In this document: positions 19,707-29,261 of the stretch, one piece after another
Position numbering within the stretch: the first letter of the stretch is position 1
Layout of the letters: each line of letters starts with the position of its first letter
DNA from: a virus
IMG/VR virus record: IMGVR_UViG_3300050821_000359
Location: 3,265-67,264 of that record
DNA: 64,000 nt
Strand: one strand, 5' to 3'
Position numbers and translations under genes: made by a program
The notes under the pieces: generated by a model
What the model saw: only the letters and a program-made list of their open reading frames with translations
The model's database searches: none
What the model was told of the DNA's origin: nothing

Positions 19707-20119
19707 GTAATTATGAGCATTAAATTCGCATGGTATGATGTGTGGGTAGGGGCTTACTGGGATAGGAAAAACCGAACATTGTACATTTGCCCTATCCCTA
19801 TGGTATTAATAGCTGTAAAAATTAAATAGAAAGAAAACAATGAACATAGAAGAGTTACAAAAGAAAGTATACACGCAGATAGACATTTTCCAAGATATTT
19901 GGAGTTGGCAACCGGGCGAGTCTCGTAATGCTCTAGTTTGTGATATTCGGGATAAAGTCGATAAAATATTTGAAAAGGCTAAGAAAGAACAATCATGAAA
20001 ACTGAAAACGAAGAGTATCTAGAAGAAATTAAGAACGAGAAGCATCAACCTAGAAAGTTACAGTTGCTCCAAAAGTACGGGCTCATGGCACCACAACTAA
20101 CAAAAGAGGAACAAGAACT

Positions 20120-20440
20120 ATGCAACCAGAAGTAATTGATATTAAGAGTCCTGCTGGCAATGGCGTATACATTACGTATCAGACTGTTAAGCACATGCGT
20201 CCGACTTGCGGACACCGGTTAGACTTACATCGGCTACCTAAACATAGGAATTGCAATTTTTGTTGGGTAGCATTTTGGCAGAATAACGGCGAGGCTGTAA
20301 AAACTGCTGATGAAATGTTTAACTCCGATCATCCCGAGGCATTAGAACAAATTATAGGAACTAAAGGCGTCAGGAAGTTCTTAGGATTCATGTCCGTCAT
20401 CGCTAATGCAAAAACACAAGGAATCAACAATGGCGACTAA
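20120..20440 (+). CDS. hypothetical Zn-binding protein
   Basis: CGH...CNFC; GAGG RBS. Confidence 0.55.
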   Translation: MQPEVIDIKSPAGNGVYITYQTVKHMRPTCGHRLDLHRLPKHRNCNFCWVAFWQNNGEAVKTADEMFNSDHPEALEQIIGTKGVRKFLGFMSVIANAKTQGINNGD

Positions 20441-20888
20441 GCACGGCATGAGCTACACTCCAGAATACAATGCATATAAAGGTGCTAAAAACAGATGTAA
20501 CAATCCTAAAAATGGTCGGTATCAATATTACGGCGAAAGAGGTATAAGGTTCTTATTCAATTCGTTTGAAGAATTTTATCAAGAATTGGGACCAAGACCG
20601 GACAATTTAACACTAGACAGAATTGATACTAATGGAAATTATTGTGTCGGAAATGTGCAATGGTCGTCACAGCTAGACCAATTGCAAAATAGAAGAAAGT
20701 ACTTTATTGGAAAAAGAAAAGGTAAAGGCTACTATTGGAACAAAGCCGCAAAGAAATGGGCGGCACAACTATGGTTTAAAGGTACGTATTACTATCTAGG
20801 ATTGTTCCCAACCGAAAATCAAGCTAGAGAAGCTTATGAAAATAAATTAAATGAACTAATAGCTAATAGCAAACTAGAGGGACAGTGA
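20406..20888 (+). CDS. HNH-AP2 homing endonuclease (likely start ATG 20430)
   Basis: KHGMS..PEY, RC.NP, YGERGI, TLDRID.NGNY...N..W; AP2-like KKWAAQ...YLGLF. Confidence 0.9.
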   Translation: MQKHKESTMATKHGMSYTPEYNAYKGAKNRCNNPKNGRYQYYGERGIRFLFNSFEEFYQELGPRPDNLTLDRIDTNGNYCVGNVQWSSQLDQLQNRRKYFIGKRKGKGYYWNKAAKKWAAQLWFKGTYYYLGLFPTENQAREAYENKLNELIANSKLEGQ

Positions 20889-22033
20889 AAGGATTAGCAG
20901 ATTTACAAGCATTATTAGGAGCTACGCAGGGGCAAATTGTTAACGGTTTTCAAATTGTTGATATTCCTAATTCAGTTCCCTCGGAAACAATTGTTCAGGC
21001 TAAGAAAGAAAAGGAACCAAAGCTGGCAAGCAAGGAAGATAAGTTTGAAGTTCTAAAACAGCTTAATAAAAAACTTAACAAACAATTTGAAGTTAATGTC
21101 TCACTTACCAGAATGGGAGAAAAGGTAGGAATTCGTCTACCAAGTATCAGTACCAATCTTCCATCATTAGATGAAGGTGTGCTACAATGCGGCGGCATTC
21201 CAATTGGCCGAATTGTTGAAATCTTCGGACCTGAATCCGCTGGTAAAACTACCCTTGCTTTACACATAATTGCACAGGAGCAAAAGAACACTAGCAATCT
21301 GTGTGCTTTCATAGATGCAGAACATTCACTAGACCCAACTTATGCAGCATCTCTGGGTGTTAACATGGATGAGTTAGTTATTAGTCAACCTGATAGCGGC
21401 GAGCAAGCACTAGAAACTGTTGAGGAATTAATTGATAGTCGTACTGTCAGTCTGATTATCATTGATTCTGTTGCTGCGTTAGTTCCACAAGCAGAGCTAG
21501 ACGGAGAAATGGGCGATTCCAACATGGGCTTACAGGCAAGACTTCTCTCACAAGCAATGAGGAAGTTACGTGGAAAAGCTAATATGAATGGTGTCAGTTT
21601 GATATTCATTAATCAGATACGTGAGAAAATTGGTGTAATGTTTGGCAATCCTGAGACAACGACTGGAGGCAGAGCATTAAAATTTTACTCATCTGTACGT
21701 CTAGACGTTCGTCGTAAAGATGTTATCGGACCAAAAGAACAGCCTATAGGTCACACTCTCAAAGTAAAAGCAGTAAAGAATAAGTGTGGAGCGCCCATGC
21801 GTGAAACATTTATCAATTTGCTTTATGGAAAAGGAATAGATACCTTCGCAGATACGGTTAGTTACGGCGTCACATGTGGCGCAATAGAACAATCGGGTGC
21901 ATGGTATTCTTATCAAGGGGAACGTATAGCATACGGTTTAGAAAATACTATTGAAAAACTTAGAGGAGAGGCGCAACTTTTTGAGAAAATTCGTGTCAAT
22001 ATTATAGAAAGGACCAAAAACACGGAGAACTAA
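20885..22033 (+). CDS. recA: RecA recombinase
   Basis: GRIVEIFGPESAGKTT, FIDAEH, QPDSGEQALE, DSVAALVP, MFGNPETTTGGRALKFYSSVRLD. Confidence 0.98.
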   Translation: MKGLADLQALLGATQGQIVNGFQIVDIPNSVPSETIVQAKKEKEPKLASKEDKFEVLKQLNKKLNKQFEVNVSLTRMGEKVGIRLPSISTNLPSLDEGVLQCGGIPIGRIVEIFGPESAGKTTLALHIIAQEQKNTSNLCAFIDAEHSLDPTYAASLGVNMDELVISQPDSGEQALETVEELIDSRTVSLIIIDSVAALVPQAELDGEMGDSNMGLQARLLSQAMRKLRGKANMNGVSLIFINQIREKIGVMFGNPETTTGGRALKFYSSVRLDVRRKDVIGPKEQPIGHTLKVKAVKNKCGAPMRETFINLLYGKGIDTFADTVSYGVTCGAIEQSGAWYSYQGERIAYGLENTIEKLRGEAQLFEKIRVNIIERTKNTEN

Positions 22034-22653
22034 TGAAAGTATGTACCAAATGTAAAAAAGAAAAAGATAAAACTTTCTTTGGAAAAGACACTAGTCGTAA
22101 AGACCTGCTCAATCCTTGGTGCAAAGAGTGTAAACGGCAAGCGTCGTTAGTTTATAAAGCTGAAAACAAAGAAAAAATAGCTGCATATTATTTAAAAAAC
22201 AAGGATAAAGTATCCGCACTAAATGCGGCGTGGCGTGCTAAGAATAAAGAAAAAATAATCGCCTATAGAATAGAAAATAAAAACTATTATCGTGACTACC
22301 AGCTTACACATAAAGAAGAACAGAAAGATTGGAGAAGAAGAAAGTTATACGGAATTTCAAATGACGATTTCAGAGAAATACTTGAAATACAAGAAAACAA
22401 ATGCTTAATTTGTAAAGAATTGTTTTCGGATAACAATTTGCCTCATGTAGACCACTGTCATTGTTCCGGAGAATTACGAGGCATTTTGTGTGGAACCTGT
22501 AATCGAGCACTAGGACTCTTTAAAGATCGACCGGACCTCTGCCGAGCAGCCGCCGATTATTTGGAAATTTACAAAAACCTCTTGACAACCGACCAGACCC
22601 TTGATACTCTAGGTTCAGAGTTGTTCAAGGCAATCAAAGTAGCAGTAGATTAA
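22033..22653 (+). CDS. endonuclease VII-like homing endonuclease
   Basis: N-terminal CTKC..CKEC; HVDHCH..G..RGILC..CN..LG. Confidence 0.9.
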   Translation: MKVCTKCKKEKDKTFFGKDTSRKDLLNPWCKECKRQASLVYKAENKEKIAAYYLKNKDKVSALNAAWRAKNKEKIIAYRIENKNYYRDYQLTHKEEQKDWRRRKLYGISNDDFREILEIQENKCLICKELFSDNNLPHVDHCHCSGELRGILCGTCNRALGLFKDRPDLCRAAADYLEIYKNLLTTDQTLDTLGSELFKAIKVAVD

Positions 22654-22666
22654 GGAGAAAGAAAGA

Positions 22667-23164
22667 ATGAAGAAGATTTTGTGTACACTGATGCTTGCTA
22701 TTGCTAGCATCCTGACAATTCCCTCTCACGCACAGACTACAACTAAGTATCTTTTGGGAGCACATCCATGTGGCAGTTTTACCAATAATTATTACTGCGA
22801 TGGGATTCCTTTCACTCGTTGGGACGGTTCGCAGCCTCAACCCTCTAATGGAGACGCTTTTACACCACCGATTCCTGCTTATGTGTTTTCTGACTTACTT
22901 TATAACGGTCGAGTAAATGGCTTTTTCTTCCTGACTAATGACGGGTTAGATATTAACGGACCTACAGGAAATGTGGTTTCAGTTATAGATGTTCCCGCGC
23001 CTAACGCGCCGGTTGGTGTTCAACAAGTTACCGCTACCCTAAAGGGTGCTAACTATACAGGAACAGTGACGTTTCTTTATACTAAAGGAAAACGCTCATG
23101 TGGTGGTCGAACCTGCGTTACACCTTGGCAGATTCTTAGTGGCTATGTGGAGGTAACGAAGTGA
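22667..23164 (+). CDS. exported Cys-containing protein
   Basis: AAGGAG RBS; signal peptide ...IPSHA|QTT; two Cys pairs. Confidence 0.7.
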   Translation: MKKILCTLMLAIASILTIPSHAQTTTKYLLGAHPCGSFTNNYYCDGIPFTRWDGSQPQPSNGDAFTPPIPAYVFSDLLYNGRVNGFFFLTNDGLDINGPTGNVVSVIDVPAPNAPVGVQQVTATLKGANYTGTVTFLYTKGKRSCGGRTCVTPWQILSGYVEVTK

Positions 23165-23406
23165 AGAAAATTCTATTAACACTTTCAATTTTCGCCGGTC
23201 TATCCTTTATCAGTCAACCAAAAGCGCACGCTGATTACTGGTGTCCTAGTGGTTCCGGCGCAGCAGTAGGCATCTTCCCTGTCGGTCCTGCATGGGTTCC
23301 ATATCGATACTGCGCAGGTTTCAATACTGGCGAGGAAGTCGATTTTGATTTCCAAGTGATCACATGGGGTGACTATTGGGACTTAAAGCGAGTCCTTGGA
23401 GACTAA
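23161..23406 (+). CDS. small exported protein
   Basis: GGAGG RBS; signal peptide ...PKAHA|DYWC. Confidence 0.65.
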   Translation: MKKILLTLSIFAGLSFISQPKAHADYWCPSGSGAAVGIFPVGPAWVPYRYCAGFNTGEEVDFDFQVITWGDYWDLKRVLGD

Positions 23407-23414
23407 CTAACCTA

Positions 23415-23448
23415 GGGCCACGATTGTTAAATAATTGTGGCCCATTTT
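23415..23448 (+). terminator. rho-independent terminator
   Basis: GGGCCACGATTG/TAATTGTGGCCC stem followed by ATTTT. Confidence 0.7.
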
Positions 23449-23612
23449 AGAAAGGAAAAATGAAAAACGTATTTGTATACACTAGTACTTGCTGCTCAAA
23501 ACCTGCACGTAAACCTGCCCTAGTCCGCACAGAGGAAGCTAAAGGAACATTGGGACACTGGCGTTGTGTGGGATGCGGCAAGTCTGCCAAAGTGACTAGA
23601 ACAAGGGTATAA

Positions 23613-23915
23613 ATGACTCAACAGATGAATGATGTTGGCACCCGTTATGAGCATCTTAGAGAGTTTATTAGTGATCTAGAAGATGCCCTAGTAACAATGT
23701 CAGATCGAATTGAAAAAGCTAAATATGTACCGACAGATGATACTAATAAGTTAAGAAATTTAACAATCACTTATCAGGTAATTTCTCGTTATTTTAATAG
23801 TCTCTCCGGAGTAAACGAGACAGAGCAAGACTATAAGTTGTCTTGTCTAGTTGACAAAATTCCTGATAATCCTGATGAAATTGAAGGCGGAAGGGGAACA
23901 CCATTATGCAAGTAG
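23613..23915 (+). CDS. hypothetical protein
   Basis: 100-aa ORF. Confidence 0.5.
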   Translation: MTQQMNDVGTRYEHLREFISDLEDALVTMSDRIEKAKYVPTDDTNKLRNLTITYQVISRYFNSLSGVNETEQDYKLSCLVDKIPDNPDEIEGGRGTPLCK

Positions 23916-24069
23916 CAAATATCGTAATAGACTTCAATGAGAATAAAAAGACATACACAGCTACTCTTAAAACAGATGCAAAGAAATTAGATGGGTTTAG
24001 TCTAGACGGCACCGAGGGCACTAGTAATCTAGGCCCAATAACAGCATTAGAAGATTTGATTGAGAATGT

Positions 24070-24267
24070 ATGGGCATTAGTATAGATGCACTAGGAATTC
24101 TTACCATCATTGGTTTAACTTTAGCTATTACAACATTTCTAGGCCCGTTCGTAGTTTTTACTATAGCTGCTGTTTATTACTTTGGCTTAGTACTTTTAAT
24201 AACTGTTGCAGAAATGTTAAAGTATCTTGTGAAAGGGGTTTGTGGGATTTTCAAATCTTCTAAATAA
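24070..24267 (+). CDS. small membrane protein
   Basis: Two hydrophobic segments. Confidence 0.5.
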   Translation: MGISIDALGILTIIGLTLAITTFLGPFVVFTIAAVYYFGLVLLITVAEMLKYLVKGVCGIFKSSK

Positions 24268-24607
24268 ACTACCTTATAAGGAAATTGGCTGGAAGGAACT
24301 AGGAGAAGTCTTTTATAGATACACGCTACTAAAAACTCCTTGGTTCAATGTTTATTTACACAAACTAGACGCTCCTAATTGGCATCCTGTTTGTCACGAT
24401 CATCCTTGGTCCTTTGTGACTATTTTGCTAAAAGGCGGATACCTAGAAAAGTGCGACGAAGGAACGTTTCATAGGAAACCGGGAGCTATGCTTTATAGAC
24501 CGGCAGAATTTAAACATAATATTATTACCCCATACGGAACATCTTGGTCACTAGTCATAACAACTAAGAAAAAACGGCAATGGGGCTTTTTAACCTGTGA
24601 GGATTAG
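24242..24607 (+). CDS. cupin-fold phage protein
   Basis: YLH...HDHPWSF...LKGGY.E...H. Confidence 0.7.
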   Translation: MGFSNLLNKLPYKEIGWKELGEVFYRYTLLKTPWFNVYLHKLDAPNWHPVCHDHPWSFVTILLKGGYLEKCDEGTFHRKPGAMLYRPAEFKHNIITPYGTSWSLVITTKKKRQWGFLTCED

Positions 24608-24964
24608 ATGGGATTCATTATCGAAGGTTTGAATGAGTATCAAGACGCAGCAGTCGCTACAGCACAATATCCTAATCTTGGTGAGAATATTTTATACCCA
24701 ATGATGGGTCTAGCTGGCGAATCGGGCGAAGCAGTTGACAAAGTTAAGAAATTGTGGCGTAATAGAAATATCACCAGCGGAAAGGAATACACCTTTACCG
24801 AGAAACTGGAACTGGCAAAGGAACTTGGCGACACTATGTGGTACATAGCAGCCGCCCTAAAAGAAATTGGCTATACCATGTCAGAGTGTGCTACACTAAA
24901 TATTGAAAAGCTGCTTGACAGACAAGCTAGAAATGTCATTAGGAGTTCTGGAGATAACCGTTAA
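24608..24964 (+). CDS. mazG: MazG-like NTP pyrophosphohydrolase
   Basis: GLAGESGE..DKVKK, KELGD.MWY, N..KL..R...G..R. Confidence 0.9.
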   Translation: MGFIIEGLNEYQDAAVATAQYPNLGENILYPMMGLAGESGEAVDKVKKLWRNRNITSGKEYTFTEKLELAKELGDTMWYIAAALKEIGYTMSECATLNIEKLLDRQARNVIRSSGDNR

Positions 24965-25134
24965 TGGCTTTGGCGTGGGGTATTCTTGGGGCGGTTCTCG
25001 GGTACATGGCCGGAAGGCTATTCCGTATAGCATACGACTATTGGAGGCAAAATGATTAGCATAGCGATTATCGTTTTCTTAGCTATCTACGGATTACTGA
25101 GTCTAGTGATCGATGTAAACAATAAGGTGAATAA

Positions 25135-25422
25135 ATGGTTGAAAAAGAATTAACAATAATTGAAAGCTACGATCTACTTGTTGCTAAAAGAAACCCAGAG
25201 TCTAGACGGTCTATTAAGATATTTCTGGAGATTATTAGCAATCTGACAGACAGGTTAGCAGAAGCTAGCAAAGTACTAGAAGAAATTGCTAACAGTTCGC
25301 ACCAAGCGTATGATGGGAATGCCTCATTTATCAGTGAGCACTCAAGTGGGTACGCACTAGGTGTAGCTGATGGTCATAGATGCGCGGCAGCAACGGCTAA
25401 ATTATACCTAGAAAGGATTTAA
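25135..25422 (+). CDS. hypothetical protein
   Basis: 95-aa ORF with AAGGTG RBS. Confidence 0.5.
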   Translation: MVEKELTIIESYDLLVAKRNPESRRSIKIFLEIISNLTDRLAEASKVLEEIANSSHQAYDGNASFISEHSSGYALGVADGHRCAAATAKLYLERI

Positions 25423-25423
25423 A

Positions 25424-26248
25424 ATGTTTATAGTAACGAGCGGCAATCGTTGGCTCCAATACAAAGCGTTCGTGTTTAGCGGCGGCGAAGTGAGCGTAAA
25501 GCTTACGCCCGAATTGACAAGTTTCACGTTTCCTAGTGACGTAGTTCACATTACTGCTCACATCACTTCGTCAAATAAGGTGATGGAATTAGTCATGCTG
25601 ACAGACGCTATTCGCAGAGAATGGGGCGATGTAGCAATTGTTCTGAAATGTCCGTACCTTCCTTACGCAAGACAAGATAGGGTATGCGCCCCCGGAGAAT
25701 CGCTATCATTAAAGGTTTTCTGTGATATTATTAACTCGTTGAAGTTTAGATACGTATATGTAGCAGACGTTCATAGCGAAGTCGCTTTAGCACTTCTCGA
25801 CAATGTTGTTAACATCCAGCAAGAAAACTTTGTCAGTAAAATTGACAGCAAGTATCTGGTTAACACTTGCCTAGTCTCACCAGATGCAGGAGCTACTAAA
25901 AAGATTAATAACGTTGCTAGGGCTTTGAAACTTCCGGTTATCCGCGCTGACAAGGTACGTGATCCGAATACCGGAGAGATTACAGGAACCGATATTCAGA
26001 AAAATCCTGCTTTTTGGGATAGCAATTTACTAGTTGTTGACGATATTTGTGACGGTGGTAGAACATTTATTGAGTTAGCTAAGAAAGCGAAAGAACGTTA
26101 TGAAATTGGAAAGTACTATCTATACGTCACACACGGAATTTTTAGCAAAGGGTTAGAGCCGCTGTTAGAATACTATGACCATATATTCACAGCTTACCCC
26201 TTTCCGGGAATAGCTCATGAGAAACTGACTGTATTAGGAGGAATTTAG
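25424..26248 (+). CDS. prs: ribose-phosphate pyrophosphokinase-like protein (candidate NARP1 Adps)
   Basis: FSGGE, PYLPYARQDR, DVHS, SPDAGA, VVDDICDGGRTF, THGIFS. Confidence 0.92.
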   Translation: MFIVTSGNRWLQYKAFVFSGGEVSVKLTPELTSFTFPSDVVHITAHITSSNKVMELVMLTDAIRREWGDVAIVLKCPYLPYARQDRVCAPGESLSLKVFCDIINSLKFRYVYVADVHSEVALALLDNVVNIQQENFVSKIDSKYLVNTCLVSPDAGATKKINNVARALKLPVIRADKVRDPNTGEITGTDIQKNPAFWDSNLLVVDDICDGGRTFIELAKKAKERYEIGKYYLYVTHGIFSKGLEPLLEYYDHIFTAYPFPGIAHEKLTVLGGI

Positions 26249-27960
26249 TGCATAACATGTTTCCACTTCACGCTACAGACTTTTATAAGACCGGTCACTA
26301 TGCGCAATATCCTGCCGGTACAGAATACGTATATTCTAACTTTACCTGCCGATCTGATAAATTCTTTAAGGGTCTTCCAGATTTTGATCACAAAGTTGTC
26401 TTCTTTGGCTTACAGGCTGTTTGTAAATGGCTCCTTATCGAACAATGGAATAAAGAGTTTTTTAACAAGCCAAAAGACGAAGTTGTCAGTCGGTACAAGC
26501 GTAGAATGGATAAGGCTCTTGGTCCCGGTCTAGTAGACACTAAGCACATCGAAGACCTGCACGATCTGGGCTATCTGCCAGTAGAAATTAAAGCACTTGC
26601 AGAAGGCGCACGAGTTAACATTAGAGTACCACTTTATACTATCAGGAATACTGATCCTAATTTTGGATGGGTTACTAATTACCTCGAAACGCAGCTATCC
26701 GCCGAAACTTGGAAACCAATTACTACCGCAACTATGGCCTACGAATATAGAAGGTTATTAGACCGTTATGCAGAACTGACAGGTAGTTCTAAGGATTTTG
26801 TCCCTTGGCAGGGTCACGACTTCTCTGACAGAGGCATGTCGGGCATTTATGACGGGGCTATCAACGGTGCTGCTCACCTTCTGTCCTTTACCGGGACAGA
26901 CACAGTACAGGCTTTAGACTTCTTAGAAGACTATTACGGAGCTAGTGATACATTCATTGGCGGAAGTGTGCCAGCTACCGAGCATTCTGTAATGTGTATG
27001 GGAGGAAAAGAAGACGAAGTAGAAACGTTCCGTAGATTGATTACTAAAACCTATCCTAAAGGAATTGTTAGTATCGTATCAGATACGTGGGACTTCTGGA
27101 AGGTAGTAACGGATTACGTACAGCAATTAAAGTATGTTATTTTGAGCAGGGATGGTAAGGTTGTTATTAGACCAGACAGCGGCGATCCTGTAGATATTTT
27201 GTGCGGGACAGCTTATATTAGCGATCTAGATAAGGAACCTTCGGTAAAATCTTTAGAAGATGCTAAATCATACGCGGAAGAATGGTTGGTAGAAGACGAG
27301 CGGGATGCTACTCCGCATGGAGAATGTGGAAATTGGGAAATATCGGGTTATTTTAAATTTAATAACAAGATTTATAAAATAGTTGTTCAAATTGACTGGA
27401 ACCGTCACGATAAACAATACTATTATATCGATGGCAGTTCTATTAAGAGTTGTGTAGAAACTGTTCTGACTCCTTCCGAGAAAGGCGCAGTCGAATGTCT
27501 TTGGGAAGTATTTGGTGGAACTATTACGGACAAAGGCTACAAGCTTTTGGACAGCCACATAGGTCTAATCTATGGCGACTCGATTACCCTTGACAGAGCA
27601 CAGGCTATTCTGGCAAGATTAAAGCAGAAAGGGTTTGCGTCTGGCAATATAATCCTAGGAATTGGCTCCTACACATTTAACTACGTTACTCGTGATACAC
27701 TAGGGTCTGCTATTAAGGCTACATGGGGAGTTGTCAACGGGGAAGAGCGTAATCTATTCAAAGACCCGGTGACTGATAGCGGTGTTAAGAAGTCTGCTAA
27801 AGGTCTATTAATGGTTACTAAAGAAGGTAACGAGTATGTGCTCCACGACGAGCAGACTAAAAGCATGGAAGCAACAGGGCAATTAAAAACCGTCTTCTGG
27901 AATAGTCAGATGATGCGGGAACAATCATTAGAAGAAATTAGAAAGGAATTACATGGGTAG
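26248..27960 (+). CDS. nadV: nicotinamide phosphoribosyltransferase-like protein (candidate NARP1 Namat)
   Basis: TDFYK.GH..QYP, HDFS.RG, GTDT, SVPATEHS, VSDTWD, RPDSGDP, IYGDSIT, KDPVTDSG.KKSAKG. Confidence 0.95.
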   Translation: MHNMFPLHATDFYKTGHYAQYPAGTEYVYSNFTCRSDKFFKGLPDFDHKVVFFGLQAVCKWLLIEQWNKEFFNKPKDEVVSRYKRRMDKALGPGLVDTKHIEDLHDLGYLPVEIKALAEGARVNIRVPLYTIRNTDPNFGWVTNYLETQLSAETWKPITTATMAYEYRRLLDRYAELTGSSKDFVPWQGHDFSDRGMSGIYDGAINGAAHLLSFTGTDTVQALDFLEDYYGASDTFIGGSVPATEHSVMCMGGKEDEVETFRRLITKTYPKGIVSIVSDTWDFWKVVTDYVQQLKYVILSRDGKVVIRPDSGDPVDILCGTAYISDLDKEPSVKSLEDAKSYAEEWLVEDERDATPHGECGNWEISGYFKFNNKIYKIVVQIDWNRHDKQYYYIDGSSIKSCVETVLTPSEKGAVECLWEVFGGTITDKGYKLLDSHIGLIYGDSITLDRAQAILARLKQKGFASGNIILGIGSYTFNYVTRDTLGSAIKATWGVVNGEERNLFKDPVTDSGVKKSAKGLLMVTKEGNEYVLHDEQTKSMEATGQLKTVFWNSQMMREQSLEEIRKELHG

Positions 27961-29014
27961 CTGTTTTCTTAAACGGGGAACTACATATCGGGTAGCTTCA
28001 CAGGAAGCCTTGGACATGCATGATAAACTTCCTGCTGGAACCTACGCTGTTAAGTTTAGCATGGAGACTGGTTTCTATCTAGAGGTTATCGACTCTTTTC
28101 CGATTCCTAGTAGGATTTATGGCAGTTATTCTCAGGATGCTGATAGAATCTGGAATACATTTTCTAAGCGTACTGGAACTACGGGCGTATTACTTACGGG
28201 TGAGAAAGGAAGCGGTAAAACTCTTCTGTCAAAGCTTGTAAGCCATAACGCTCTAGCTCAGAATGTGCCGACTCTTGTTGTTAATCAGCCTTTTTCTGGC
28301 GAAGGATTTAACACTTTCCTTCAAGACATTGAGCAACGATGCATAGTTATCTTTGACGAATTTGAAAAGACTTACGACAAAGATGATCAGGAAAAAATTC
28401 TCACGTTGTTGGACGGTGTTTTTAACAGTACTAAACTATTTATCCTTACGTCTAACGACAAATGGAAGATCGATGTTAACATGCGCAATCGTCCGGGACG
28501 TATCTTCTACTTGCTAGAATTTAGGGGGGTTGATGAAGCTTTTGTCCGAGATTACTGCCATGAAAAACTTAATAACAAATCTTATATTCAGTCTATCTGC
28601 AATCTGCTAACGATGTTTGATGCATTTAATTTCGACATGCTTCAATCATTAGTAGAAGAGATGAATCGTTATGAGGAGTCTCCACAAGACGCTTTGAAGT
28701 TTTTGAACATCAAGCCGTTAATGATTGAAAGACAAACTTATAAAATTAAATTTTTCATAGAAAATTCTGAAATTGATGAAGCCAAACTAGAAGATACAAC
28801 CGTCACAATATCTCCAATGGTATCGCCAGTTCAGGTTAGCTGGCTAACTGACAAATTAGATAGTGATAACGAGCCGGAATGGGAGAATGTAATATTTACA
28901 CCTGAAGATATTAAGCACATTTCTCAGGGTAAATATCTTTATGTACAAGGTAACTACAAGCTATCTATCAGTCGTATTGAAACGGATAACTTTGATTATA
29001 GGAAATATCTATGA
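27953..29014 (+). CDS. AAA+ ATPase
   Basis: GEKGSGKT, IFDEFEK, LLDG, NRPGR. Confidence 0.9.
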   Translation: MGSCFLKRGTTYRVASQEALDMHDKLPAGTYAVKFSMETGFYLEVIDSFPIPSRIYGSYSQDADRIWNTFSKRTGTTGVLLTGEKGSGKTLLSKLVSHNALAQNVPTLVVNQPFSGEGFNTFLQDIEQRCIVIFDEFEKTYDKDDQEKILTLLDGVFNSTKLFILTSNDKWKIDVNMRNRPGRIFYLLEFRGVDEAFVRDYCHEKLNNKSYIQSICNLLTMFDAFNFDMLQSLVEEMNRYEESPQDALKFLNIKPLMIERQTYKIKFFIENSEIDEAKLEDTTVTISPMVSPVQVSWLTDKLDSDNEPEWENVIFTPEDIKHISQGKYLYVQGNYKLSISRIETDNFDYRKYL

Positions 29015-29211
29015 AAGTAAAGGAATTTGTCATTGAACTTAACAAGTTGGTTGACGAGGGACATGGAGACAAAGAAATGTTTTCATGCCACGGAGCTAGC
29101 GGAGCAATTGATCCAATTGGCTACCCATATTTCAGGAAAGGACTAGACGCCACGTTTGGTCCTTTCGATCTAGACGGTGACGAATTTGTGGAGGTTTATA
29201 TTGGAAACTGA
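29011..29211 (+). CDS. hypothetical protein
   Basis: ATGA-coupled last gene of the + arm. Confidence 0.55.
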   Translation: MKVKEFVIELNKLVDEGHGDKEMFSCHGASGAIDPIGYPYFRKGLDATFGPFDLDGDEFVEVYIGN

Positions 29212-29226
29212 GTATCTAAAAAGATT

Positions 29227-29259
29227 AAGGCCGGGGTTTGATCCCCGGCTTTTCCTTTT
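29227..29259. terminator. terminator between the convergent arms
   Basis: AAGGCCGGGG-TTTGAT-CCCCGGCTTT stem with T tract. Confidence 0.8.
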
Positions 29260-29261
29260 GC

